This document shows, one piece after another, positions 15,418 through 33,715 of a stretch of DNA of 64,000 bases (its first letter is position 1; every line of letters starts with the position of its first letter). The position numbers and the translations under genes were made by a program. The DNA comes from the human T2T-CHM13v2.0 reference genome, Homo sapiens, in NCBI RefSeq assembly GCF_009914755.1, contig NC_060941.1, one strand, 5' to 3'. The notes under the pieces are model-generated. The model did not search any database and had not been told where the DNA came from. It saw only the letters and a list, made by a program, of their open reading frames with translations.

Positions 15418-16387
15418 TTAAAAGCATTATTTAAAGATCTGTCACAAGCTCCTATCTTAGTGTAACATTTCACAAACAAAAACCTTCAGCTTTACCTCCA
15501 TAATATCCAGTTAGCAAAGACTACTATGTATCAGGCCTGGCTAAACGATTAAGTAAAATGGTAATGGCAGGACTAATAGGGGTAGAGGTGACAGAGCAAG
15601 CAACAAGTCCACCCATAAACATTACACCTTCTCTTTTCCCTCATGAACAATTTGCCCTTTCTCCAGTTCCCTAATTTTCCCTAAACCCCTTGCTATTTGG
15701 TTACTGTGACCTACTTTACATCCTGACTATAGCTACATATATTTTACAACTACATATCCCTGAAAATGATTATAGACACTGGCCTTCAGTCAGTCTCTCA
15801 AGTGTACCAAGCTCTTTTCCTACTTACTAAGGTAACAAATTAGTTTGATAGCTTTCCTAATCTTTATTTACTCAACAAATATTTACTGAGCATCTACTAT
15901 GTGCTGGTAATACAACAGTGACTAACAGATACCAACTCCTTCCTCAGGGAAAGAGGTGAAGAGAGGCAGACAACCAATGCACAAATGTACCATTACCAAC
16001 TGAGTTAAGTCCTGCAAGGGAAAAGTGTGGGATGCTTGAAGAGTATAACAGGGAAATTTGATCTAGTCTGGGTATCAGAAAATGACTCTCTGAGGAGTCA
16101 ACATTTGGAATGAAATATAAAAGATAAATAAGAATCAACAGTACCATGGATGTTTAATTAATGGTGTCCACTAATAGATTCAGTGGTTCTGTGAACCTCG
16201 ATGGGTAAAAAAAAATGTTACCTTCATTTTCATTAACCTCTGGCTAAAATTTAGCATATCTTTAAATTATGAATGTAGACAACAAACTATGAATGTAGGT
16301 AAAATTAAAAACACCCTGACACAATAGAAATCACAGGCATTTTTTTATTTTGTACTATATTTGCTGCAGTTACCTCAAAATATTGTA

Positions 16388-16703
<316 letters not shown>

Positions 16704-16950
16704 TCAAAATACTATTTATGCTCACCACTGCTTTGAAAGTAGTTAGCATATCATTAAATTATGAATGTAGACAACAAACTATGAACATAGGTAAAATTAA
16801 AAACACCCTGACACAATAGAAACCACAGACATTTTTCATTTTGTACTATACTTGCTGCAGTTATCTTAACATATTGTTTATGCTCACCACTGCTTTGAAA
16901 GTAGTTATTAGACCTGCCACTAGATCTTACCATTAATAAATTCATAAAGT

Positions 16951-17260
16951 ATAGTAGTCCTCCCTTATCTGCAGGGGATACATTCCAAGACCCCCAGCAG
17001 ATGCCTCAAATTGTGGTTAATACCAAACCTTATATATGCTATATTTTTTCCTATAAGTACATACCTATGATAATGCTTAATTTATAAATAATGCACAGTA
17101 AGAGAATAAGAAATAAAAATAGAACAATTATAACAACATAATCTAATAAAAGTTATGTGAATGTAGTTCTCTCTCCTCACACAGTATCTTACTGTTTAGC
17201 GTAGCATATAGCAGTACTGAAACCGCAGAAAGCGAAACCTCAGATAATGGGGGAACTACT
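16951..17260. mobile_element. MER44-like (Tigger) MITE
   Basis: Terminal inverted repeats AGTAGTCCTCCCTTATCTG / CAGATAATGGGGGAACTACT. Confidence 0.75.
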
Positions 17261-17687
17261 ACACATATAACTCAATCAGAAATTTACTTTTTTAATATTT
17301 TTAAATTATATTTCAATATAAGTGACTTCCTTTGAAATCTTATGTATTTTATATATGTGAAAACTTATTCATGAGTTTATGAAAGGGGCCCATGGCATAA
17401 AAAGATTAGGAATCCCTGTATGAAGGTGATGTGGGAGGAAGAAGAGCATTCCAGATAGAGCAGCAGGCACTGATGCCCTAATGAAGAAAGTACAATCTAT
17501 GGATTTATGGGACTTGGTCATTAATTGGATATGGAGTAGGAAGGAGGCAACTGATACATTTACGGTTTGCTCAAGTAACAAAATAGTGATTCCAGGCCCC
17601 ACGAAAGGGAACACTCAAAGAAGAAGAGCTTTTGGGGAGTGGAAGATGACAAGTAGTATTTTACACATGTTAAGATATAAGATGCCT

Positions 17688-17932
17688 GGCCAGGCATGGT
17701 GGCTCACTTGGGTTCAAGACCAGCCTGGCTAACATAGTGAAACCCTGCCTCTACTAAAAATACAAAAATTCGCTAGGGATGGTGGTGCATGCCTGTAGTC
17801 TCAGCTATCTAGGAGGGTGAGGCAGGAGAATCACTTGAACCCCGGGAGGCAGAGGTTGCAGTGAGCCAAGATCACACCACTGCATTCCAGCTTGCGTGAC
17901 AAAGCAAGATTTTGTCTCAAAAAAAAAAAAAA
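17688..17932 (+). mobile_element. Alu with left-arm internal deletion
   Basis: GTGGCTCAC joined directly to GGTTCAAGACC. Confidence 0.9.
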
Positions 17933-18199
17933 GATTTGAGATGCCTTCAAGACAGCCACATAAAAACGTCAAGAAGACACATGGAGAGGCCTTAAGTTGT
18001 GAGGACAAACCTGAATGGAGATACAGATCTGGGAGGCAACACAGCTTACAGATCAGCAATTCAAACCAGAAGCACAGACAGCACTCCTTAGGAAGGGAAT
18101 ACAGGAGAAGAAAAGGAAGAGTCTTATGAGACCAAAATTCCTATGGGAGAGATGCTAAGTAAAAAAAAAAAAGAGCTGGCAAGGGAGACCTAAACCAGA

Positions 18200-19700
18200 G
18201 GTCTCTTCTATAGGTATTTTCAAAGAATGCTCTCAGAATACTTTCAAACTCTTCTGTTTCCATTTTCTAACTCTTTATTTCCTGCTTTTATCTTTATTAG
18301 TTTATTTTCCTGATTTCTCACACTTATTGCTTGTTTTTGAAATTTCTGGACTCAAGTAGTCCATTATTTTCCCTCTTTCTTGTCTAAAATAAAAGGCTTT
18401 AGTCTATTATTTTCCCTCTGAATTCAGTTTTTGACATATTCAGAAAGTTTAACTGTAAATGATCACCATTAAGGTATAAATAACTTATATTTACAGTTTT
18501 TGCTTCCTTTTAAACCCAAGATATGTAGTAGTTCGCTTTTTTAAAAGAATTCCAATTTCAACAACTACTTTCTATTAATTTCTAGTTCTGTTTCTTTGGA
18601 GTAGAAAATGTAGGTGCTTTGGGCAATTTTATTTTGATTTTCTTCACAGTGATATTTAGTCAATTTTTGTAAATGTTCCACAGGCATTTAACAAGAAAGT
18701 ATTCTCTCTGTCATACAAAGTCCCAAATACTGCTATCAAATTGATGTTGCCAATTATTTCATTCAGATCCTTCAGAACTTATTTATTTTTTGGCACTTTG
18801 GTTTGTTTAAGATAGTAGTTTGTTAAACTCATCATAATGCTTTTCTATTTTCTAATATTTCCAATTTTTTTACTATACATAGTTTGATATAATTTTACTC
18901 TGTGAATGATCTTCACTGTGATTCATAAAATCACCTTTTTTTGTTCCTCTTAGTGCTTTCTTACTCTGATCCATATCTCATCTGATAATAATACAATGCC
19001 AAGTTTCTTTTTATTTGAGTTGATCTTTGCCTTCTTTTATTTTTGCCTGATGTTATCTTTGCCTTCTTTTGTTTTTTCTAATGTCATTAATTTGGTTAGA
19101 TCTTTTGTTTGGACTTTGATTTCTGACCAATCTTAGTATTCTTGTCTTTAAATGGGTAGTTTAATCAAATTACATTTCCTATTATAATGAATTTGCTATT
19201 ACTTACATCACTTTATACATGTACTCTCTGATTTAAGCTTCCTTGACAGTTGCTTTGTTTTCCTTCTTTTGCTCTATGAACTGTTTTACTTGCTCCATCT
19301 TCTCCAATGTTGCAGAAGATACACGACTGGTTTTAAATTTTACTAATAGTTGCCATTATTATTTTTTTTTTTTGAGATGGAGTCTTGCTCTGTTGCCCAG
19401 GCTAGAGTGCAGTGGCGCGATCTCGGCTCACTGCCAAGCTCCGCCTCCTGCCTCAGCCTCCTGAATAGCTGGGACTACAGGCGCCTGCCACCATGCCCGG
19501 CTCATTTTTTTTTTTTTTTTTTTTTTAGCAGAGATGGGGTTTCACCATGTTAGCCAGGATGGTCTCGATCTCCTGACCTCATGATCCACCCGCCTCAGCC
19601 TCCCAAAGTGCTGGGATTATAGGCATGAGCCACCGCGCCCAGCCATAGTTGCCATTAAATTTTTAAAGCCATTATTTAACCTTTTTTACTCAATTTGTCA
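18200..19700 (-). mobile_element. Degenerate old L1
   Basis: T-rich; GTCAATTTTTGTAAATGTTCCA endonuclease-region-like motif. Confidence 0.5.
19358..19644 (-). mobile_element. AluY-like, internal deletion and homopolymeric linker
   Basis: TSD ATAGTTGCCATTA. Confidence 0.92.
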
Positions 19701-19804
19701 GAGTGAAGAATAAAATAAAAACCAATATAAGCTTTAGCATTTAAGCATACCTTTAAATTATTTTCCCTTCTCTACCTCTTCTTTATCTTCATTAACATCA
19801 CCTA

Positions 19805-20030
19805 GGGCAAGCCTATCCAACCCTCTGCCCACAGGCCTCATGCTGCCCAGGACAGCTTTGAATGCGGCCCAAGAGAAATTCGTAAACTTTCTTAAAACAT
19901 TATGAGATTTTTTGGGGTGTGATTTTTTTTTTTAAGCTCATCAGCTAATGTTAGTGTATTTTATGTGTGGCCCAAGATAATTCTTTCTTCCACTGTGGCC
20001 CAGGGAAACCAAAAGATTGGACACCCAGGG
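19805..20030. mobile_element. MER30 (hAT) MITE
   Basis: GCTTTGAATGCGGCCCAA...AAAAGATTGGACACCC. Confidence 0.8.
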
Positions 20031-20639
20031 GTTTAGATGAAGATTGATTTTTTGTTTTTTTAGTAAGTACATTGAGATTTATAACAATTACGACACATCT
20101 CCATTTTAACTGTTTCAGAACCCTGCTTATCCCAAGTCCACTTAATAATTTCCCTATTCTTGACTTCTTAATTTTGCTTCATATCTCCATTGTTTTGCTA
20201 TCTATAAGTAATTTTGCCAAGGATAAAAGGGTGCCATTTTTTAAGCTCTTGTTTAAAAACAAAAATAAACAAACAAATAAACCTTATCAGAAAATAAACT
20301 ATTTTGATCGCATTTTTTAAAACTCTAAACCCAGAAAAATTTTAAGAATTTGGAAATTACCAGGAAGAACTGACTGGAAAGCATGTTCTATTTGGCTAAA
20401 CAGAAATTTTATGAACAACAAAAAGAAACGTGTATCAAAACTGTGAGCAGTATGTACTAAATACTTTGGAGCATAAAGTAACAGAAGAAATTCAAAGAAA
20501 TGCAAGCGAAAGAAGACTGGACAAAAGAAAAACCTAAAGAAAACAGACCTTTGAAATCTTCCTTCTCAGCATTATGCGGCCTACGGAAACTGGCCATCAC
20601 CAAGCCAACCACTTCAGATATCTTTAAGAATTAAAAGAT

Positions 20640-20934
<295 letters not shown>

Positions 20935-21253
20935 GAATTAAAAGATCTAAAAATGGCTACATTGGTGGATGTGAATAGGGTTGTAACATCTTACTAGTCT
21001 TTGAATCAGTATATGTCTCTGAAACTCCAAAATCAGCCTTTGATTTTTTTCTCCACTATTTTACTATATTTTCGAACACACACAGTTAAATTTTACAGTG
21101 AATACCCAAATATCTATCATCTAGAGTCCATATTTAATATTTTATTATGCTTACTTATCTATTTATTATGTACCTATCTATCCATCCATCCATCTCTCTA
21201 ATCATTGTTCTTGAGTTTGAAACCATTTCTTACACTCCTTTCTATCCCCTACA

Positions 21254-21478
21254 GCAGGGTGTCTCAACCTTGGCACAACTGACATTTTGGGTCAGGTAGT
21301 TCTTTGTTGCAGAGGGGCCGTCCTGTGTGTTAGGATATTTAGCAGCATACCTGCCCTCTAGCCACTAGATGTCAATAGCACACTCCTCCCACCTCCAGTC
21401 ATGACAACCAAAAACAATTTTGGACACTGACAAATATTCAGTGGGTGGCAAGCTTGTCTCTGGTTGAGAAACACTGCC
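21254..21478. mobile_element. MER20 (hAT) element
   Basis: CAG..TCTCAACCTTGGCAC..TGACATTTTGG...GGTTGAGAAACACTG. Confidence 0.8.
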
Positions 21479-21883
21479 TTAAAGCATCCATAGGAGCCTT
21501 TTCAAAAGGTAGGTATTTTTTAGGTATTTGTGGACAAACTACACTGGGGCCTTATCTAGAAATTATATACAACACACCTACAGGTAAGCCTGAAGCAAAA
21601 CCCATGGTATGGATTAGAAGCAACATTGTAGGGTCTATGGTTGCTAGTCACATTTGTTTGTTTATTTGACTTTAAAGCTGATGTAGGTTAGAATATGGCA
21701 CAGAAAAATCAGCAGCACAGTAACCTACATGTCTCATCTTGTATTGTCAAAGGGAAAAAATGAAAAAAAAAAAAAAACTACATGCAATTTGATATATCTA
21801 GCACTTCAACACAGATGAGGTTTGAAGTAACAAAAGATTAACAATAATGCAAAATGCTGTCATATTTTTATACATCATTTTCA

Positions 21884-22099
<216 letters not shown>

Positions 22100-22419
22100 T
22101 TACATTTTACTACAGGTACTAGCAAATGTAGAGAAAAATGTTTTAGCCATCGTGTAACTGTGAAGAGTTTTGTCAAAATAAAAGAGGTGACTTTAGTAGG
22201 AGGAAGCAAACCTCCTAGCTCTCTTTTTCTTAAGCCCCACTATTTGACTAGGCCCTATAGTGACAGAAAATACACTATGCACAGATGACTTTAACACCTC
22301 ATTGAATATAAACTTTCACAAAATAGATAATAAAGAATTTTACCTCTCTTGGAGAAATAAGGAAACCGTATCTTAGAATTTGAATCCTATTTTCAAATCA
22401 CGCCAAAAGAATTCCTTAG

Positions 22420-22774
<355 letters not shown>

Positions 22775-22789
22775 TGTTTCTTGTTTTTT

Positions 22790-23076
22790 AATAGCTTTTT
22801 TGAGATATAATTCACATATCATACAATTTACTTATTTAAGGTAAACAATCTAATGGTTTTTAGTACATTCACAGATTTGTACAACCATCACTCCAATTTT
22901 ACAACTTTTCATTACCCCAGACAGAATCTTTGCACCCACTGGCAGTCATTCCCCATTTACCTTCAAACCCCTCAGCTTCTAGCAACAGCTAATCTATCTT
23001 CTGTCTCTACAGATTTGCCTATTCTGGACATTTCATATAAATGAAATCATACAATATGTGGTCTTTTGTGACTGGC
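22790..23076 (-). mobile_element. L1MB-like 3' end
   Basis: GATTTGCCTATTCTGGACATTTCATATAAATG motif. Confidence 0.75.
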
Positions 23077-23518
23077 ATGAAAGATGAAAGAAAAGTAAAA
23101 AACAGCATTTTAGCAGGGTTCAAGTAGAATTTGCTTTCGATAAGTGAATTTATTTAGAGAGAATTAAATTTAGAATAGAAATGTTATGTGATTTTGAAAT
23201 GTGCACAATAAATCAAAATGTAAAGTATCTACAGAAACTATATAAAGAAATGGTACATTCTTGGAAAATAGCACAGAATTAAAAACACAGGTGTTCAAAT
23301 AATTGGATTTGCTGATTTTAAAACTCAGTATTAAGTATGCCAATTATTCACAAGAAAATCTGAAATGTCATCTTTGTCTTACACTAAATGTTAAATTAGC
23401 AACATGCAGTATTCACAAGCACATTGAAACAACTCTGCCTTGACTCCCATCAGCTAGCACTGACATACATACAGAACAACACTGGACACTAACACAGCTC
23501 ATGCAACTTCTCCTCCTA

Positions 23519-23641
<123 letters not shown>

Positions 23642-23996
23642 TCAGTGTTTACACAGCCACTGCAATGCAAAGCTGCATACTCATCAAAATAGAAGATAAA
23701 ATAATGTGGTTACAGCATCAGGAATTCAAAACCTAGAAAAGGACACATGCAGATCCTCCACCCGCCTCCTCAAATCATCTGGCAAAAACCCCAGAGAATA
23801 ATCGAAGTCTCAGCTCCTCCATCCCTGCCCCTAGGCTGCACCATCTGAGAAAACTCTGGGGTGCAGATGAGGCTACTACAACTTAACACCTGTCCTCCTC
23901 ACCTGTTCTCTCCCAAGTCACAGAGCAAGCCGAGGCTACTGGGGATAATCTCAAGGTTTCTGGCTCCTTCACAAAATCATCTGACTGCATCCTTAG

Positions 23997-24509
<513 letters not shown>

Positions 24510-24599
24510 TAGGCAAAAAAAGATTTTTTTAAGAACCCTGATCCTGAATCTCCTCTTCAATCCTCTACCTTCCCAAAGCATTGCTTCCTTTTACCTTAG

Positions 24600-24893
<294 letters not shown>

Positions 24894-25527
24894 TAACCTT
24901 AGGCTTCTAAGAGTGGTTCACACCTCAATTCACTGCAATTCCCCTCAACTACAACAAACCTGATCCTGTTCCTCTCCTAGCGCCACTCACCAGCCTCCCT
25001 GCCTTTATCCCTCTCTATTCCAGCCTCTCCTTTACATTACCCAGAGCAATCCTCCCAATATGGAAATCACACCATGTCACTCTACTGCTCAAATTTTTCA
25101 ATGGCATCCCTACAAGTATAGGATAAAATTTAACTCCTTCACATAAAGCATAGAAGATCACAGAATCTAATGCCCCCTACTTGCTTCTGACACTGTCTTC
25201 ATTGAGCACTGTTGAGCACTGAAGCAATACTGTTACTACATGGTCTCTAAGAACACTACGGTCTCTCTCCCATCTCCTGCCTTTCACATGTTGTCTCAGA
25301 AAACTCTTCCCTTCCCCATGCCCTGCTCACCACCAAATACCAAATCATCCTTCAAGTTTTTTAGCTCAAATACTGAAATAGCTGAAAACCTGTCTCTGAA
25401 ATCCCCATGTTCCCACAGCACTTGGACGAATCTCCATTTGAACAATTATCTCAGAGTATTCTTATTGCACATCTACCCGCTCCTACCTCCATATAGATTA
25501 AGCTGCTGGAGGACCTAGAAGACAAGG

Positions 25528-25835
25528 TTTTTTTTTTTTTTTTTTGAGACAGAGTCTTGCTCTGTCGCCCAGGCTGGAGTACAGTGGTATGGTCTCAGCT
25601 TACTGCAACCTCCACCTCCTGGGTTCAAGCTAGATTCTAGTGCCTCAGCCTCCTGAGTAACTGGGATTACAGGAGTGTGTCTCGGCTAATTAGCCTGGCT
25701 AATTTTTGTAATTTTAGAAGAGACAGAGTCTCACCACGTTGGCCAGGCTGGTTTCAAACTCCTGACCTCCAGGGATCCGCCCACCTCACCCCCCCATAGT
25801 GCTGGGATTATAGGTGTGAGCCACCACGCCCAACC
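25528..25835 (-). mobile_element. Alu (AluS)
   Basis: Full dimer. Confidence 0.92.
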
Positions 25836-26612
25836 AAGACTGTCTTTGCATTGTAGTAAATCCTAGTGTCTAGCAGAGCATTCAGCCAAGTGGTACAGTA
25901 TTTGTTGAAGGCATGAGTAAATAAGCAAAGGAGACGATAATATACAGCTGACTGTGATCAGGGCTGAGAAATCTAAGTGCAAATGGGAGCCAGGGAAGGA
26001 AGCAAATCATTCCTACTACAGGGCACTGGAGAAGCTTTCTGGAGGAGAGTTTGTCAGCTGGGCCCTGACAGTCCGCGTAGGCCTCCCTAGACTAGGTATA
26101 TTTTGAAAGGCACAGGTGGGAATACAGGAAGTTTGTCTAAGAAATGGTCAAGTAGCTCATGCAGTAAGTGATGGATGCGAGAAGCTCCTACTGAGCTAAG
26201 GCTGAAAAGGTAAAATGGATTCAGATCTATGAAACTAGTGGTTCTCAACCTTGGCTACAATTAGAATGCTCTTTTTCTTAAAAAACAAACAAACAAACAA
26301 AAAAAGGCTGATACTTGGGTCCAGCCCTCAGTGGTTCAGATATAATTGCTTTGAGGTGTGATCATAACGTACAGCAAGACTGAGATCCACCGTATGATGT
26401 TATGAATAAAAAGCTGAGGCCTTCTGCTCTCGATCCCAACAGTCTAATCGCCATCCAGCGGCCAGGGAGACTTTTTCACATCAAATCCTATCATTCCCCT
26501 ACTGAAACCTCTCAGCACTATGACTGAAAAACAGACTCCCTATCATGACCTATCATGATCTGGTCCCTGCCAATCTCTAAGACCTTATCTCAGGCCACTC
26601 ACTCTTCATTAA

Positions 26613-27076
26613 CTGTGGTAGGCTGAATACCTCCTCACCCCTCCCAAAAATGTTTAGGTTCTAATCTCTGGAACCTGTGAATATGTAAATTTACTTGGCA
26701 AAAAGAATTTCACAGATGAGATTAAGTTAAGGATCTTGAGGTCAAGAGATCATCCTGGATTACCCAGGCTGGTCAGATGACATGATTACAATGGTCCTTA
26801 CAAGGGAAACAAAGGAGGGTCAGTGAGAGAAGGTGATGAAACAAGCAAAGTAGAGGTGAGAGACAGAGATTTGAACAGGCTGTGCTGATGGCATTAAGAT
26901 GGGGAAGGGATCCCAGGTGTTTAGAAGCTGAATCAGGCAAGGAAACTGATTCTCCAGAACCCCTACCCACACCTTGATGTTTAACCCCTTGAGCCTCATT
27001 CTGGACTTCTGACCACCAGAACTTTACAACAGTACATATGACTTCACTGCCGCAGTAGCAACAGGAAATTTATACA
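26613..27076 (+). mobile_element. MLT1C/D-like MaLR LTR
   Basis: TGTGGTAGGCTGAATA start, GATTAAGTTAAGGATCTTGAG core. Confidence 0.75.
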
Positions 27077-27104
27077 GTACCTAAGCTCCTGCCAGACTGG
27101 CCAT

Positions 27105-27363
27105 TTTTTTTTTTTTTTTTGACACAGGGTCTGGCTCTCGCCCAGGCTGGAGTGCAGTGGAACAATCAGGGGTCACTACTGCAGGCTCTACATCTCAGCC
27201 TCCTGAGTACTGCAAGCCACCATATCTAATATTTTAATTTCTTGCAGAAATAGGGTCTCGTTATGTTGCCCAGGCTAGTCTCAAACTCCCGGGCTCAAGC
27301 AATTCTCCTGCCTTAGCCTCCCAAAGTGCTACGATTAGAGGCATGAGCCACCATGCCCAGGCT
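27105..27363 (-). mobile_element. Alu (AluJ-like, deleted)
   Basis: CCCGGGCTCAAGCAATTCTCC. Confidence 0.88.
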
Positions 27364-27479
27364 GGCCTTCTTTTCAGTTCCTTAAACATGCCAAACTTGG
27401 GCCCCGTCAGGTTCTTTTGCACTTATGGTTCATATTACCTAGAACACTATTCTCTTACCCTGCTCTTTGAAAGACTGAT

Positions 27480-28599
<1,120 letters not shown>

Positions 28600-28772
28600 A
28601 TGACCACTGTATTTTTAACAGGTCATCGGGGAACTCAGTAAGAGCAGTTCCAGTACAGTTGGGAGAGGGGAAGAGAGACTGACTAGAATGAATACAAGAG
28701 AGACTGGAAGAATTAAAAGACAAGTATATATGATACAAGTCTTTAAAGGAAAAAGAATGGAGTGACCAGTGA

Positions 28773-29090
<318 letters not shown>

Positions 29091-29540
29091 AAGTTTTCAT
29101 TTTTTAAGGTAAGAGAAATTAAAACACGTTTATATGTTGATGTGAGCAAACGTTTAAAAGGATTAAAAAACTGATGATGCAAGAAAGAGAATTACTAGAA
29201 CAATGCCTTCCAGTAGGCAAGAGGAGATGGAAACCAGGACACAGTAGACAGGAAGACCTAAGAATGGAGCACTGACAGTCCAATTATCATAAAAGAATAT
29301 GAGACCCTGAGTAAACATGCAAATAAATAGGCAGCTAGTGTGAAAATTGTCTTCCGACGGCTTCCATTTTCAGTGAAACAAGAAGCAACGTTACCAGCTG
29401 AGAGAGGATAAGAGAAGAAACGTTGAAGATTTGAGTTTTAATAGTTGCCTAAGGCGAGAGGGTGAAGGGGCTATGGAAATGTAGAATGACCGCCTGGCAG
29501 CACTAAGGGCTCGACTGAGGTTCACGTCACAAACTTATCA

Positions 29541-29934
<394 letters not shown>

Positions 29935-29960
29935 TCATCCGGCCTGGGCGCAGGTTCAAA

Positions 29961-30795
<835 letters not shown>

Positions 30796-31669
30796 CAGCT
30801 GAATTTAACCATTATTAGATTTTCTCCACTCAAGGCATCTCCTCATAAGCAGTCTTTCCTGACCATAAATCTTAGTTGTCCTATCCTCGGACACTTGTTA
30901 TTTCATCACCCTGCCTTTGCAATTATCTGAAAATATCTTTGGTTATACAATTTATCGTGTCTCCCCACCCAACCCCCATCTCCTAGAACCCACTTCCCTA
31001 ACCCGAAAATACGGGGCAAGAAACCTGTCTGTACTGGTCACAACCCTATCCCTGGGCCTACAACCGTGTCTGAGTCATAGTAATCCCTCAACAAATTTTG
31101 TGTGAACCGAAAGAAAAAAACACTTAAGACAATCTAAGTGACCATAAACAGTAGTTTTTTCTAAAAATATTATTAATCTTACGAGTCTCTGGTTGCCAAC
31201 ATGTGGACTACAATTAACTCTAAGAGCACAAAGGAGAGAATCACCAACAACATTAGTTTGGAAACAGCAATTTGAAAGCGAGGCTCTGGCGGTGTCGCCG
31301 ATTCCTACAAGATAGCATCGCACCCCTGGGTGTCAGGAAGCTAAGAGGCCCGCAGGCCGCTCCTCCTCAACTCCACCCCGGCAATAAGGGTTGAGGAAAG
31401 AGAGACCCCCACTCGCGCTGGTTAACAATGGGCGTCCCCACAGCCGCAAGAAGTACTTGCTCTGCGCCGCACGGGTCACGCCTCCCCCAGCGGCCTCAGA
31501 ACCCCCAGCAGCCCTCCTCAGACAACTACCCACAGCCCTCCACTCCCGGCCGCCCCGCTCCTCCTCGAGTTCGAGTAGCGGGCGCGGGGGACGCGGGCTC
31601 CAGTCCCACGGAACCTGCAGAGCCAGTCCCAGGAGCCGCCACCCTCCCAGCGCGCCCTCAGCCCCTCAC

Positions 31670-31681
31670 CTGCTGCAACAT
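31670..31681 (-). CDS. TVP23C: TVP23C coding exon 1 (MLQQ)
   Basis: Minus strand GCCGCC-ATG TTG CAG CAG followed by GTGAGG donor, inside CpG island. Confidence 0.93.
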
Positions 31682-31835
31682 GGCGGCCCTACGCCAGCCC
31701 TGCTTCCAGGAGCCACGTCAGCGCAGCAGCGTACGGGTCCGGGTCGGAACTGACGCGACCCGTCACCAAGGGCCAGCAGGGACCACTGTAAGAGCCTCAG
31801 TCCGGCCTCACCTCCGCTTTGAGGGAGCAAATCCA

Positions 31836-31940
31836 GGGGCGGGGCGAGCGGGGGCGGGGCGAGCGGGGGCGGGGCGAGCGGGGGCGGGGCGAGCGGGGGC
31901 GGGGCGAGCGGGGGCGGGGCGAGCGGGGGCGGGGCGAGCA
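31836..31940. repeat. Tandem repeat (GGGGCGGGGCGAGCG) x7
   Basis: Six exact 15-bp units plus a seventh differing at its last base. Confidence 0.97.
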
Positions 31941-32954
31941 GCCCGGACACGGCGGAGGCGGAGCCTGGAGCAGGAGCGAAAGGGAAAGGCATTGGGGCCA
32001 CAGTGGGCTCCAAGTGGAAAGCTTCATGGTCTGTTTTACGGAAGTATTTGCTGTCCACCCAATGCAAATTCTAAAGTCGTTCCCCCAGCGTCGCTGCCCC
32101 GAATGCAGGGGGGCGGGGTTTTATTGTATAATATAATTTTCTTTAAATATTTTACAAAGACTTACTCCTGTACAGTATTACTTTTGTACTTTAAATTGTA
32201 GAAGCAACTTTTTAAAATATGTTCTTGCAGAGAAGTAAAACGTTAAGAAAAACAAGGCAGGAGGACTCTAGAGTAACTAATGGACGGTATTATTATGGGA
32301 GGTATAAACTTAGACTCCAGGAGTTGAGACCTTGCGCCCTGGAGCTTAGGCGCCTGGGAACTCTATTGCCAATCATATCACCAACCTTTATGTACTTCTT
32401 TCGTCAGTTGTAAAGTGGGGGTGATAATGGTTTCCTTACAGTGTAAGTATCTAGTAAATGGGAGACGTTATACTTATTACAGTTTTAAGTCCAGCCGCTC
32501 ATGCTGTGATCTTGCCTGAACAAAGGATGTGAAATTAAGGGGCGTTAAGTCATCTTTGAAGCGGTGATGATGACAATATCCTATCTGTCTGGCCGAGTCA
32601 GACTGCTGTTGGCATAGTGGTATTTGCACGTTTCCTTAATTGAAGGGATTCTATTAAAATCACAAATTTTATGTGGCTGTTTGCCAGTGCCATTTAAAAC
32701 CTAATATTCTAATAATGAAAGGGGAAAAACACACACACGCGTTTCTCAAAGGCGAGACATTTCGGCAGCACAATTGCATTCGTGCCCTTGGAGATGAAAA
32801 GCTAACAAATTTGGGGCCTGTACGTCCAGCCTGCCCATGGCAGGTTTTCAGTGGTCCACTCAGTGCTGTGGAGTTTTGTGTTGTTTTTCGTAGTTTTTGG
32901 TTTTTTAAGGCATTGTGTTTGAATTCATTATCGTCTTTTAATTTTTAATAGCTA

Positions 32955-33100
32955 ATTTTTAAAGCTAATTTTGTATTTTTAGTAGAAACGAGGTTTCACC
33001 ACGATGGTCAGGCTGGTATCAAACTCCTGATGTCAGGTGAGCCACCTGCCTCAGTCTCCCAAAGTGCTGGGACTACAGGCGTGAGCCACCGCACCTGGTC
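32955..33100 (-). mobile_element. Alu left-arm fragment
   Basis: Monomer only. Confidence 0.88.
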
Positions 33101-33715
33101 AAGGCTTGAACTTTCTAATGGGCCATAGCTCTTGTAGTGGGCTGCACTCTTCTAAATTACCTGGTCCCTGCACCATAGTCCAAAGGTTTAAGCAGAAACC
33201 TCAATGCACTTGATGTTACTGGCCCTCTTTGTACAGAGGATAAATATGCTAATTCTCTTCCTTAGGAGTTAGCCCTGAGAAGGAAAAGCTCAATGTTGTC
33301 AGATGCAGCAGGTCAACCCCACTGAGGGCTTCCCCTTTTAAATTCTTCATGGGTTTCATCAGGCTTCTGTGCAAAAATACCAGAAAACTCCAATGCATGA
33401 CCCTGATATAATCCCATAACTTCATTTGCCAGAAGAACTAATAGCACTAAATTGGTAGTGATGAATGGTATCTAATTTCCAGTGATCATCTCCCCATCCC
33501 CCATCAACGAAACTGGGCTTTCCTAATGCTCACTAAATTGTTTTCAGTGGGACTACAGATGCTAATCTCGCCCAACCTCCTTCTGTTTTCTTATTTTGAT
33601 GATATCAAATATTTGGCTCAGGGGAAGATAATTGGGAGTTCCCACATTAATTACCAGGAAGAAACAGTCAAAAAAAAAAAAAAAGGCCAAATAGCAACAT
33701 CCGCTTGGCTTTCTG

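Larger units (their letters stand above)
31270..32120. promoter_or_regulatory. CpG-island promoter of TVP23C
   Basis: High GC and CpG density around exon 1; GC boxes, TGACGTGG, YY1-like GCCGCCATGTTG. Confidence 0.9.

Noticed and set aside
31391-32201. Long ORFs with RAGAG, GERGR, PPPLA repeats
   Set aside because: Products of the stop-poor CpG island and the 15-bp tandem repeat, not genes
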